64,000 nt of DNA from contig OZ024741.1 in assembly GCA_964016885.1 (NCBI GenBank), forward strand, positions 230,640,001 to 230,704,000, given 5' to 3'. The notes beneath the pieces are model-generated. The model made no database searches. It worked only from the letters and a program-made list of their open reading frames with translations, and was not told the DNA's origin. The DNA is from Eledone cirrhosa (lineage: Eukaryota). Numbering within the stretch: the first letter of the stretch is position 1; each line of letters starts with the position of its first letter. A program made the position numbers and the translations under genes. Shown in pieces: positions 27,183-42,252 of this stretch.

Positions 27183-29577
27183 ATAGGAGAAAGTATGACC
27201 CCGACGGCAGATCTCAAGCCGATTCGACGGCTATTTCTGGACTAAAGTAAGAGTTGTTTTAGTCTGGTAAATAAATAGCCGAACTCTTCAAGGGTTACTT
27301 CCTTATATGGGAAAATTTTAGTTGTCAAGAGGATTGGTCAAAATTTGTAGCAGACACAGAAATGTCTATCATTTCAGTTGGTGCAGGGTGGGGGTGGCTG
27401 AACTTGACTGTAGAGCAGGTCAAGCGTTGAAGGTGAAATCTGCATAGCAAATTCTAAGGAATGTGTATGATAGTAGGCAGGGGAGGTAGGCGAAAAAAGG
27501 TTGATTTAGAAAATGGAGTAAGGACGTTATAGAAAAGGTAAATCCAATGAGAATAGGGGACAAAGAAAAAATCTAATAAAAAATAATATAATAAAAAATG
27601 AGAGACAGATATATCAGAATGTGAGATTGGAAAGTGAGAAGTGAAATAAAACAAATGCTAAGGAGTTTATCACAGCTGCAATATTTTGTTGGTGCTGCTT
27701 TTTCGGCCAATGTTATAGAATGGGTTGCTAGATGAGAATTATTGAAAATTTAGAATTGGGTATTAAAAATTAATTCCATATCTCTGGGCCTAACACATCT
27801 GGTATGAATAGTTAATATAGCGTAATCGGCGAATGTTATCTGTAAGTTACTGGGGTGAGGGTACTGAGGCTAACGTGTCCCGATAGGCTGCCTCGGGGTA
27901 GGTGAAAGGAGGAAAAACAAAGGAAATGAAAGGGGGGGACATCTACCTATACAAGTTGGGGTTTTCCCTATCTTATTCAGCAAGTTGGTGTTTTAGCCCT
28001 TGTCTACCCACCCGGATCGTTAGGGGTTTTAGTGCGAGGTAAGTCTTCTGCAATCTGTGTTTGCATACAGTTACCAGTTCATCCTTTTTGTTTAGGAATT
28101 GATCCTTCGTAAACAGCATTTATAATGTTTCCTCTGAGCATAAGTTACATGGACGGCGTCCTCCCGTGTAAGAGTTAGCTCTGGACAGTAAGCTCCAAGT
28201 GGGATGGTAAGTTATATTATTATCTTGGAGGTCCCAGATATGGCTCGAAAGTGTGGTGGTATGTCGCCGGACTGGGTTCGGAACGTATGTCGGTGTTGGT
28301 AGAGCCTGGTCTTAAAGTCAGAAACGGTTAATCCTATATAAACTTTGTTGGAGGTGTCCGTCCTCACGTTGCACTGGCAGATCACGTTACGTTACCGGTA
28401 TCGATTATTGAGGGGGCACGTAGATCTATTAGGGCAGTTACACCTCCTGGTATGCTCTCCACTAATTTCTAGGTTGTTTCTTCCATAGGGGTTGAGTTTT
28501 TTGTTGTTTTGAGGAGACGATGTTTTGTGCGAAGTTAGGTGTGGTGCTGTAGGATAGTTTGATAGTGGTTTTGTTGATTATGTTGTGGTAGCTGCATGCA
28601 AACACAGATTGCGGAAGACATACTTCGCCCTCAAACCCCCTAACGATCCCGGCGGATAGACAAGGGATGAAACACCCCACTTGCTGAATAAGATAGGGAA
28701 AACCCCAACTTGTATAGGTAGATGTACCCCCTTTCATTTCCTCTATGTTTTCTTCTCCCCTTTGTCTCCTGCTATCACTTCTTTCCACCACCGAACTTCT
28801 TCTACGTTCGTTCCTCTGTATTTTTTGCTCCCCCTTTCGCCTACTCCGAGGCAGCCCATCGGGTCACTTTAGCCTCAGTACCGCCACCCCAGTAACTTAC
28901 AGATAGCATTCGCCGATTACGCTATATTAACTATTCATAGCAGCTGTGTTAGAGCCCAGAGATGTGGTATTAATTTTTAATACACAATTCTAAATTTTCA
29001 ATAATTCTCATCTAGCAACTCATTCTATAGCATTGGCCGAAAAAGCAGCACCAACTAAATATAGGAGCTGTGTTAGACTCCTTAGTATTTGTTTTATTTC
29101 ACTTCTCACTTTCCAATCTCACATTCTGTTATATATGTCTCTCATTTTTTATTACATTCTTTTTTATTATATTTTTTCTTTGTCCCCTATTCTCATTTGA
29201 TTTATCTTTTCTATAACGTCCCTCCTCCATTTTCTAAAGAAAGCTTTTTTCGCCTACTTCCCCTGGCCTACTTTCATACACATTCCTTAGAATTTGCCGT
29301 GTAGATTTCACCTTCAACACTTGACCGGCTCAACCCACTCCCCTATTGTTCTACAGGCAATTTCAGCCATCCCCACCCTGCACTCTCTGCCATGATAGAC
29401 TTTTCTGTGTCTGCTACAAATTTTGACCAATCCTCTTGACAACTACAATCTTCCCATATAAGGATGTACCCCTTGAAGAGTTCGGCTATTTATTTACCAG
29501 ACTAAAAAAACTCTTACTCCAGAAATAGCCGTCGATAACGGCTTGAGCTCTGCCGTCGGGGTCATACTTTCTCCTAT
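27183..29577 (-). mobile_element. Truncated Penelope-like element: GIY-YIG remnant (~28060-28600, -) between ~0.9-1.0-kb inverted repeats
   Basis: Minus frames give IKLSYSTTPN, CNCPNRSTCPL, NVICQC..KVYIGLT..FKTRLYQHRHTF, CNLCSEE. Arms are 27183-28076 / 28587-29577, with a degenerate HHR at each outer end. Confidence 0.85.
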
Positions 29578-29653
29578 TAACCACTCTACTACTCTAAGTA
29601 TTGAGTACTCTTGTGTGTTATGGTCCATCTGGTTCCTTACCATAACTCCTTCG

Positions 29654-29692
<39 letters not shown>

Positions 29693-29713
29693 GTAATCAT
29701 TCATTATTCACAG

Positions 29714-29857
29714 GTTGTCCAAAGTTGCTCTACGGATTGCATTGTACAAAGTTATGCCACTGTGAACCTGAAGGCTTTTGTCACCAACTATCAGGTACTT
29801 GTCCAAAGGGATGCGAGGCAGGATATATCGGTGAAGATTGTCAAAAAACAACATTCG
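29714..29857 (+). CDS. Host gene exon: EGF-like (MEGF/laminin-type) repeat
   Basis: CAG|..G|GTAAGG, 144 nt, phase 1/1; GCPKLLYGLHCTKLCHCEPEGFCHQLSGTCPKGCEAGYIGEDCQK. Confidence 0.9.
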
Positions 29858-31470
29858 GTAAGGGCATTTTGATCTATATGCCCCACTATATACACTTTAA
29901 TATGTAGATCCTTGCTTAATTATAGATTCTTCGTGCAGAATACACACCCATATAATTTTATGTCATTATTTTGAATTAGCGAAATAAATGGTCAATATGT
30001 TTCACCGGAAATGTATATATTTTCTTAGTTAATCTTAGATATGTTCTGTGTGTGCATGACTATGTTTCACTAAAGAGATATTATATGATCGAAAAATGCC
30101 CGGAGTTGTTATCGAACTAACTAATGTTCAGATTGATTCCCCTCAATATTAATGACATTTACTTTTTAATCCAATTGTTTTTTAGATATTTTTTTCAGTT
30201 TTCTGCATCCTGTATTCAAATTCCACCCCAGTCGTATTGAGTGGTAGACATAATCCGTCGGCTAGTATACTACTTGGAGCTAAGATATATTTAACAGTCT
30301 CCATTTTGTTGCAAACCTTCGCATCAGATCTCCAGTTTAATGATATCTTCCTGTTTTCTACCCACCCGTCTAGAAAATTCTGTAAAAATAATGGGTCATT
30401 GGTACTGACTTTCCTTCCCAAATATTCTATATATTCGGCAACAGGAATCACAAGCATACGGTAACCGCTGCATGTCAATCCAATGAAGAAACCATCATGT
30501 ATTCTCTTGATCTTCTGAAACAGCAGTCATGTGCCTTCTAAATTCAATTTTTATGTTTCAAAAAATCACACGTTTGATAGGATAGTCCTCGGTTACCTAT
30601 ACATAGGGAAACATGTGCATATGGAATACATTTGTTCATTGGTCTGATGGATAATTTTCGACTTCGAGCTAAATATCAAAACACTGCAACAATAACATCT
30701 AGTGCATTTAAGAATGTGCAGTTTCGTCTTCAACTATGTGAAGGTTTGTATGTATAAAGCTATAGATCTATCGATTACATACGATTACTGGACATACTAA
30801 ATACGCACATTATTTGTGCTTGATTATAACACACTTGGTGATCGCTAACAACTATTACCCAAAACATTCTCTAGCAAGCCACACATTAAATATCCCCTTC
30901 CCAATTTACGCATTAAATCTTCTACAATATCATCTACAAACCCTGTCATCAAAATTTCGCAAGATATCGCTTAACAAGTCATTGATTAAATTACTGACAG
31001 AATATCGTGAAATATCCCCCTCGAAACCTCTCAACAAATCACCACAGATCACTCATCAAATAACGTACTAAATGTCGTGCAATATCACCTACCAAATCAC
31101 TCATCATATTACTAACACAATCCTGTGCAATAACACCTACTAAGTCACATATCACATTTTATACAATATAAACTTCGAAATCACTCACCAAATTACATTG
31201 TAAACATCACACCATACCAACTACCAACCCCTTCAACAAACAATCTTCTTCTCAACTATATCCAAATAAAACGTTCACAGAACCACCCAATTAATTCAGC
31301 CACAAAATACCCCCTATTTTCCTAATTAGACACCTGTTGAATCAACCCTTTAAAGATTCATTAAAACACCCATCAAATCACCCCAAGCTTCCCCAACACA
31401 CTCCCCCAAAACAAACCATTAAACTATCCACCAAATTTTATGTTGTGTGCTTCTACTTTTTTCGTTTTAG

Positions 31471-31728
31471 TGAACGTTGCACTTGGTAAACAGACAAAAC
31501 AGAGTTCCACTGCAGGAGAGAGTCCAAGAATGATACTCAGTGAAGGTCAATGTGTAGTAAAGGTTTCACCTATGGAATCTAGCCTCGCTGTAGATGGAAT
31601 TGTTGATCCTGATCCGTTGCACGGTTCATGCATGGGTACCAAGCCAACATTGCCTAATTCGTGGCAAGTTAAACTTGACAAGAAATACAACATATCTCAA
31701 ATAAGAATTTACAGCAACATCAATCAAG
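31471..31728 (+). CDS. Host gene exon: F-type lectin (FTP/fucolectin-like) domain, N-terminal part
   Basis: Pyrimidine tract + TAG, donor GTAAGT, 258 nt; NVALGKQTKQSST...SSLAVDG...SC..T...WQVKLDKKYNISQIRIY. Confidence 0.9.
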
Positions 31729-32043
31729 GTAAGTTCTGGAATAAATCCTACATTGATATTGTTGATATTGATGTTGTTCAGCTATTATAAATGATAGTCC
31801 ACCTATGACCATCCCAGCATTTTCAGTGACAGTGTAATATAACACATATACAATATGGCTTTTTTAAGAAGCTACAGTGAGATTCATAGAATTCATGGCT
31901 AGCATTTTTAACAGATCAAGGGACAAGGATGAAAATGCCACTTTAGCACAAAATGAGGAGTGTTAAAGAAACTGACACCAATACCCCTACAAATTATATA
32001 CGGTCAGCTTTTCCACAAACCTTTATAGAGTATTTCTTGTCTT

Positions 32044-32110
<67 letters not shown>

Positions 32111-33652
32111 CGCGCGCGCGCGCGCGCGCACACACACACAAGTACAGAAGCAGATTGACCAACTAGGCAAACACACAAATACGCATTCAAATAGAAAACG
32201 ATTTCTTCTTATTTAATAATGCTAGAAATAATTATATACTATATGTTGTTTTATATGTACATATACGGACATACACAAACACAAATACACACACATGCTT
32301 ATAATTAGATATTTCTGAATATATGTATATATATATATATTGTTATACTTTGGGAGGGTCAGGCTGCCAATAAAAACACACGCACCTGTTAGTTTTCACT
32401 TCAATTTATTATAAATTTACGTTTAGCTGGTTGGTTCGATAACCGGATGGTTATTTATATGTTCTGTTCACTAACCTTTCTCCTATGATATGGGTCCTAT
32501 GCTATGTGCTGTTTCACCTATGTATATTGTGTTCTTATTCAAACACAGTCTCTCAGTACATCTTATGCTATATACTACGTTTATAGTTTTGCAGTTAGTT
32601 TGCGGAATTTGCTTGCAGACTATTCATTTCCTATCAGCACAGAGGGTTCTTTGAAATGAATATGTTTTAATAATTAGGGTATTTATGGGAATACCTGGTC
32701 TTTCAACTATCTTAATATTTAATTTGAGCTTACCTAGCGCTCTTCTATATCTGTAAGCCAGTTCGTCTGTAGGGGTTGTATTGACGAACATTAGACTCTG
32801 GTATTTATTGCTATGATATAATTTTACTTGCCTTTTTCTTAATCCTTTCTATTCTATTCCCAAATTTGCTCCAATACATGGGGTAAGTCCCATTTGCATC
32901 ATTTTCTACAATCTTTGCCCATTTCGTCCTGGCTCCTTTATAAAGCCTGATTTTTTTCTCGCTGATTGTAGCCCGAGAACTGCATGCGGTGGGTGAAGTG
33001 TTTCGTGAGTCTCTAATTCTTTAGGATTGCACATGCGGGACACGTTCCTCATCATTCTTACTAAATCGGCAATTAGTATATTGATTTTCATGTGATCCGA
33101 AACAGCTGAGTTTCGGTGGATCATGTACATATATGTGCGGCCATTGGTTTCGGGGTCCATTTATGTACACCACTGTATATTGGAGGAGGCATATTTAAAC
33201 TGGCCCTTCATTCGGACACTTGAACACACATATGAAATACCCATTTCATATCTCTGTCCACGTACCAGTCTGGAAAGCTGATCGATAATGGAGTTGTGCC
33301 CATAACTTCTATATGTAACCTTAAGCCAATTCTCTGTGAAACGCACGTTGCGGTTCGATAAACAATAACAAAACTAACTACATGTAAACGAGATTTCATC
33401 GTTCTTCTTAGTATGTATATATATATATATTTATATACAACCTCCCCCACCCCACCCCACCCATACACACACATGCACACACACACGCACATATATATGT
33501 ATATATATAAAGTTTTCAGGTCCCTGAGAGTATGTGATATTTCACTATATATTTATTTTTCAGCAAGAAATTATGAAGATAATTCTTCTAGCGTGGTGTT
33601 GCCTACTAACATAGATATTGATTCGTCTCTTTCGTCGTTCTTCTTTTCCCAG

Positions 33653-33850
33653 TTCACAACGCAAAAGGATTTGTCATTTCTGTTAATTCAGGAAAAAGCG
33701 GTAGCATGGAAAAAGTCTATACTAGCGTTTCCGATGAACATTTAGATCCCATTTTCTTAATCCGATTTAAGAAGCAAGTCGTGGGGGATATTATCTCCAT
33801 TGCTATCAATGACAAGCTTACGTTCTCATTCTGCGAATTCGAAGTTATAG
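33653..33850 (+). CDS. Host gene exon: F-type lectin domain, C-terminal part
   Basis: Strong pyrimidine tract + CAG, donor GTGAGC, 198 nt, in frame; HNAKGFVISVN...VVGDIISI...FSFCEFEVI. Alternative in-frame acceptor at 33692. Confidence 0.85.
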
Positions 33851-34157
33851 GTGAGCGAATATCTGTTAATTGTACTAATTTCATCAACTAATCAGACAAC
33901 TATTTTAGTATTTTCACTCATTGAAATTCAACCAATGCTGGGACCCTACATGCATTAGAATTCTAGACGATTATATCAAATTCTAGTACATATTTCTGTA
34001 TATTGAATATTTTATCGATCTATATTAGAGAGCCTGACTTTTCAAAATTTACTTTTCGACACAAACATAAACAGGCATTGATTCATGAATACACAACTAG
34101 AAATGTGCACATACACTACATACACAGGTACATGCAAAAATATATACATACCTGCAT

Positions 34158-34300
<143 letters not shown>

Positions 34301-34602
34301 CACATAAATGTAAATACACAAACACACACACTGTTACAATGGTCTGACACACCTTTTACGTATATCTGTATGAAACGCGGGTAAACCCCAAATATTCACC
34401 AGGCGTAATTCGGAACTACCAGCGAGAGACTACAACGAGCGAGACTCTGTACACGCAATTCCCGTGACAGTTCACTTGAGTTCTTATTTCTAGATTATTT
34501 GCCTAATCCACTTTTAGTAACACGAGGGTATTCAGGTTTTTCCCCTACAACACACACACAAACACACACACACACCTACACACACATTATTTATTAATAA
34601 TA

Positions 34603-34788
34603 GGCGGCGGATTGGCAGTATTGGTAGAGTGTCGGATGCCATGCTTTGGCGCATGGAGTTACGGCCCTTGCCATTCTGAGTTCAAATCCCGCCGAGTTTA
34701 ACTTTGCCTTTCATCCTTACGGGGTCGATAAAATAAAGTACCAGTAATACACTGGTTAATTGCTGGCCTTGTGCCTAACGTAGAAACA
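34603..34788 (+). mobile_element. Full-length tRNA-derived SINE with ~17-bp TSD
   Basis: GGCGGCGG start, A and B boxes; ATTATTTATTAATAATA on both sides. Confidence 0.92.
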
Positions 34789-34914
34789 ATTATTTATTAA
34801 TAATAGCTCGTTTATTGCATGTTCGTCTCCAATGCACTTAAAAACCAATGGACCAATAATGTTCAAACTTGGCATGTGAGTTCCTTAGATGCAAGAACAG
34901 ATTTTTCTAACTAA

Positions 34915-34969
34915 AGTTAATGCATGCAAGATTTCACAGCCCTAGCTAGTCAGCCTATTAACTTGTAAG

Positions 34970-34971
<2 letters not shown>
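34915..34971 (-). mobile_element. Terminal fragment of the mariner family seen at 8976
   Basis: TTAATGCATGCAAGATTTCACAGCCCTAGC..GCCTATTAACTTGTAAGCC is the reverse complement of ~8983-9051, with an internal deletion. Confidence 0.6.
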
Positions 34972-35044
<73 letters not shown>

Positions 35045-35139
35045 TCATGTTCATCATCTTCACTCTTTAACGTCCATTTTCCATGCTAATATAAGTTAGA
35101 CGAGTTGTCCGTTATGAGACAAGCCAGGTCCGATGATCA

Positions 35140-36780
<1,641 letters not shown>

Positions 36781-37134
36781 GAAGTGTGAGCAGACGTGTG
36801 AAGTACTGAACCCAGCATGACTCCATCGAAATGAGACGGACGGAAAAAGGTTGATGAAACGTTTGGCAGCAGATACTAACCAGAACTTCTGATGACGTGG
36901 AGTAAAAACGGCCAATGGCATGACAAGAGTGGAAATAGGGTTTTTTGGGGGTGTTTTTTGATGATAACACCCCAGTGATAAAATTTGCTCCGGACGAAAC
37001 AGCCGTGTCTGAAAGAACCCGCATAAGTAGAATCAGCCAGATCCATACAAGGACATTGTCTCGAGCTACATGCCGGCGAAACATTTGTAACACGTAATAA
37101 ACTAAGTCCAGATGCATCACTGATTTTTCGTTTT

Positions 37135-37210
<76 letters not shown>

Positions 37211-37786
37211 GCTCGTTCGTTTGTTTGATTTGTCTCCAATGAAAATAAAATCAAGTAGAACAATCACCTTCGAACACGTCATATACATTATTTAGCCTCA
37301 GGAATAGGTTTTCCTCCCTTTTGGATCTACATACATTTGTTTTATATATCTATTTGCCTGTTTGTCAATCTGTGGTCGTCGTGAGTTATCGTCCTCACTA
37401 CCATGAAATTTGACGGAAAACAGAGAATGAAGAAGTGAAAATTTGAGAGAAAATAGAAAATACACATGAAATTAAATGGAACCCTGGAAGCCAATGATGG
37501 AACTAAGCGAGTAGGTTAACATCGTATGGACGAAAAGTGAAAGAAACAGAGATAAAGACAGCGAAGTGATAACACGTGTTCAACATAGTAAACGACAGTG
37601 CAGCAACAAACACACGCTTGTTTCAGTTTTGAACGTGCCCCCCCCCCCCCCCCCCCCCACACACACTCTCTCTCCTGCATGAAAGGAGTTACGACTAAAA
37701 CAAGTGAGCTACACGCGTTTAATCAACATTAATACATGCTTTAATATCAAAACCTGCTCCATTCTCTATTGGCTGCAGCAGATTTT

Positions 37787-37962
37787 GTTGGCAGTATCGG
37801 TAGAGGTATGGACGTCCTGCTTTCTAGCATAGTTACGTCCTATTACGGCCTGAGTTCAAATCCCGTCGATGTTAACTTTGCCTTTCATCCTTAAGGGGTC
37901 GATAAGATAAAGTACCAGTAATGTACTGGGTAGTTGCTGGCCTTGTGCCAAGCGTAGAAACA
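37787..37962 (+). mobile_element. tRNA-derived SINE
   Basis: TGGCAGTATCGG..GAGTTCAAATCCC..GGGGTCGATAA..TAGAAACA. Confidence 0.88.
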
Positions 37963-38679
37963 ATTATATATTATATCTCTTCCGTGTGTGTACATATGTC
38001 ATATCTACTGAATATTTAGCCCGTAAACATAAAGACCTTCATACAGTTTGAGGGCATTGTGTTTGTATTGTTGCGCATGCTAAGTGAAATAACTCTGGGG
38101 AAGTCATATTTGTAGTTGGCTGTGGCTGTGACATGGTTGACGTCTTATTGTTAGCATTACTAACAAGGTTATTTTTCGAAACTCAAGAAAACTTCTAGAT
38201 GTAGGTTAGAAGACAAAGGCAACGAAGCAGATTTCCTGCTTGATCATGTAAACAAAATCTCAGTGCAACTTAACTGACCTGGGTGCTGCACGGACCCTGT
38301 AGATTGTAAGATATTAAGAGCCAAATGACTTGCGTGATGAGGGTTTCCGCCCGGAAGACCTGGTGTCCAGCTCTTCTGAGAGTTTCTTAACACTATCTCT
38401 TCATATATTTCACGTGTGTGTGTACTAAAAGTTACAAAGTATGTCGCAACCTGTAATATGTGTTCGCATATTCAATTAAGTTAGTTAGTGGTTGATGTTT
38501 CCGAAAAATAACTGAAAGTTAATGCAGTGAATCCTCATTCAACAAAATCTTTACTCGACTTACAGTCACCATTAACAGAAAAATTACAATTTTTTATATA
38601 ATTAATAGTTGCACTTGGCGCTGCAAACAAAAATGCCCCTGAAATATAAACCTTCATTTGAATAACATCTCATAAAGCT

Positions 38680-39760
38680 ATGCCAGAGAAGCTGCAAAAG
38701 GAGAATGAAAGAGAAGAGCAGCTACAAGAATGACTCCAAAACAAAGAAATGTGACAGTAATATATAGAAATAATGAATCAGAAGAACAAAGATCAACATG
38801 GCTAGCTGATGATCTGACAAGGAACGCAACTTTACGTCAAGGGGAATGTGATGTATGAAATTACATCACATAACAGAGAGGATTATAAGATGCACAAAGA
38901 TCAGCAAGGCTTCAGCAAAAAGGAATAAGAGTGAATAGATGGGATAGATCAGAGGAACAAAGATAAAAAATGCTTCCAGAAGATAGGACAATGGAAGCAA
39001 ATATTCGCCAAAGGGAATCAGAGGTATGAAAATCATTGGGACAGCAAATGGAGAGATATAGAACATCTCAAAAGTAGCATGAAGTAACTGATGCTCAAAA
39101 AACTCAAAGGCTCTGTGAAGAGAGAGTAAGAACAGAAGATTAACGATTGAAAAAGGTTGCCGAGTGGAACGTTGTTTCTTTTAGTTACAATCCACATCAA
39201 TACAATGAATTAGACACTTTAATTCGAATTTCCTCAATGAACAAAATTTGTCCAAATTGTGGTACTAAAATATGGAATGGTGCCTCAACTGGTTTATGCA
39301 GTTCAAGTGGAAAGAACAAGTTGAAACTACTACCTGAATCTCAAGAACCCTTAAGGGCACTTCTGATTGGTACAACTACTGTATCAAGACACATCCTTCA
39401 AAATATCCAGGAGTACAGTAATGCGTTCCAAATGACAAAATTTAGAGCAGACGTCATCCAAGAATGTGATATTATACCCAATTTGAAAATGAAAGGAAAA
39501 ACGTACCAGAGTATTGGACCACTTCAGAGACATTTAGAAGAAGAACCATATTTACATCTGTATTTCATCAGTGATAATAAAACCCAGGCACAGGCAAGAT
39601 ACAAAAGAAATAAAGAAATTAGTATGTAATCATATTGCGACTAAAAGATATGTTACACGAAAGAAACACATGTATTAGATGTTTCAAATATACTCTAGAA
39701 AAGGCTGTGAATGAAATCTCATTATATTTTCTTTAACCCAACCAATGCCATGTACTTCTA

Positions 39761-39763
<3 letters not shown>
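38680..39763 (+). mobile_element. Helitron Rep/helicase N-terminal remnant
   Basis: ICPNCG..GLCSSSGK..LPESQEPLRALL..QNIQEYSNAFQMT..KGKTYQSIGPL..LHLYF resembles the conserved region upstream of the Helitron Rep domain. Confidence 0.75.
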
Positions 39764-39844
<81 letters not shown>

Positions 39845-40038
39845 TAGAAGTACATGGCATTGGTTGGGTTAAAGAAAATATAATGAGATTTCATTCACAG
39901 CCTTTTCTAGAGTATATTTGAAACATCTAATACATGTGTTTCTTTCGTGTAACATATCTTTTAGTCGCAATATGATTACATACTAATTTCTTTATTTCTT
40001 TTGTATCTTGCCTGTGCCTGGGTTTTATTATCACTGAT
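39567..40038. repeat. ~197-bp inverted duplication centred on a (TA)n tract
   Basis: 39567-39763 is the reverse complement of 39842-40038 (identical by eye); the spacer is pure (TA)n. Confidence 0.93.
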
Positions 40039-40542
40039 CCACATCTAAGCATAGGCTACATAGAGAATTTAGTGGAGTCAATGATGCCGAGGTTGTTTGG
40101 CGTTTGGCGATAGGAAGGGCACCCCGCCGAAGAAACTGCCCAATATATAAGGAGATCTCTTAGTTGAGTCAGGGGTATTATAACCTCACTAGTGCTGCTG
40201 AATTTCACGATAAACGCGCCTAATAGACGCTGTAGTTGTTTGGCGGTAAGACACCATAGAAAGCTTGCTCAGCATTGGTTCATATGTATTTATCAGCTTA
40301 GCCAAAGTCATGACAAATTTCCTAATGTTGGTGCCAAAGTAAATTGCACTCAGTATGTCGTGGAATCATGTGACAGGCTTTCGAGCTATGTGGAATTCTG
40401 AGACAACGAATATTTATTTATGAATAGACAAGTTTGTCTGTGCACAAGAAACATTCACTAGAGAAACAATATGTATTGAAATCCCAAATATAGGACCAGA
40501 TAGATGATATCTGTACTTGTGCAGCCCCATGCAAAATGTATA

Positions 40543-40603
<61 letters not shown>

Positions 40604-40604
40604 A

Positions 40605-40651
<47 letters not shown>

Positions 40652-41520
40652 TGGGGGTGGTGTTTGGACAAAACCACAAATCTATGAAAACTGGTTGATC
40701 AAATAATCTACTGACTTGCTTTTCGTTAACAGTTGTAAAACATTCAACGATTTGTATTCCTTAGAATTTTTTCTGTAAGATATCAACAGGAGTTTTCATA
40801 TAATATATAAGAGAGACGGTTTTATTCGGCTTCATTTTATCACATAATTCCATTATACGTATTTCAAAGATGTCAGAGTGGTTATATAATAACCCTGTGG
40901 TATTTTTTCATCAGAGGGTGTAAGATGTATTTTCCTATCCATCGATATGTTACTGGTTTCTCGTGATGTTTACATCGCTGACCAGCACCCATATAAATAG
41001 TATTGGTATTCTAATTCTAGTAGTTATATGTAGGGTGGAAGAGTATATTGTTGCTGGCATCCTATGACTGCAAGTATGTTACGGTATCAAATTATCAGAG
41101 GGGTCATTTCAAAGTTCATATATTTCTTAGATTTGGTTTGAATGAACTACTCATTTTTTTCTTTTTTAATTTTTGGATTTAATTCAGCGTATTTATATTT
41201 ATATCCTAGGCATTAATAAATAGATAAGGAGATTTCCGAGTAACTACGTATTGATGTATGGTTTAGTAATTATTTTATGGTCCAGTTTAGCTTAATTGCG
41301 GAAGCGTTAACTATATCTAATGCATTACTCTAACAATCACCACTGTGAAAACTAAATCATGTGTATAATATACGAAATATTCGATCAATATTGCCAAGAT
41401 GATATTTGCATCAGCTCTAAACTCTCCCAAAGTCTGGACTACGTGTTATCATCTCTGTTAAATCTTCTTGAGAATCGCGTTATTACGACACCATTCGATG
41501 TACCCGAAACGCAATTCTCA

Positions 41521-41680
41521 GGGTCGGACGCCATGCTTTCCAGCATAGTTACGTCCCTTTACAGTCTGAGTTCAAATCCCGCCGAGGTTTACTTTGCTTT
41601 TCATCCTTACGAAGTCGATAAAATAAAGTACCAGTAATGCACTGGAGTAAATATCTGGCCTTGTGCCAAAAGTAGAGACA
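41521..41680 (+). mobile_element. 5'-truncated tRNA-derived SINE
   Basis: GTCGGACGCCATGC..GAGTTCAAATCCCGCCGAGG..AGTAGAGACA. Confidence 0.88.
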
Positions 41681-42108
41681 ATTATTACGTAGATTGACAG
41701 ATACATTCTATACGTGTATAGCACAAACATCTCAGTTTCCATAATCGATTAAGAAAAGAAGTTGATTGTAGATTTATGTCTTTTGTCAAAACACAACCAC
41801 ATACATATATTTATATATATATTAGGGCATGCGCGCGCGCGCGTGTGAGAGATAGTGTGCGTGTATGTGTGTGTGTTTGTGCGTCATTGTGTGTGTTAAC
41901 TATTTGTGTCTAAATATCTCGGAGAGGTATGGAATGGCTTATGTATATCTGACAGTTACCTCCTCTCGAAACGTCTCACAATTCTTGAAATGTATGAGTA
42001 GTTGCCCTCATGCTGATCTCGCGAGCAACCCTACCTTATATTGCAAAATTTACTTCCGAGTCTTTGGCTGTATACATATAAATTATAGATGAGTGTTTGA
42101 TTTTACAG

Positions 42109-42252
42109 TTTGCAAACCCGGATTTTACGGACGTATGTGTGCAAATACGTGTGCAAAATGTCCAAAGAAGGAATGTAATGGTTTTGATGGTTCATGTATT
42201 TATACTTGTGATGAAGGTTATATCTGGAATCTTGACAGTGATCGTTGTGTTG
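42109..42252 (+). CDS. Host gene exon: EGF-like repeat
   Basis: TTTTACAG|..G|GTAAGT, 144 nt; CKPGFYGRMCANTCAKCPKKECNGFDGSCIYTCDEGYIWNLDSDRCV (not in the ORF track). Confidence 0.9.

Noticed and set aside
30182-30745. Short ORFs and a possible extra exon ending LQLCEG
   Set aside because: Weak splice signals and no recognisable domain; the flanking exons already join in frame.
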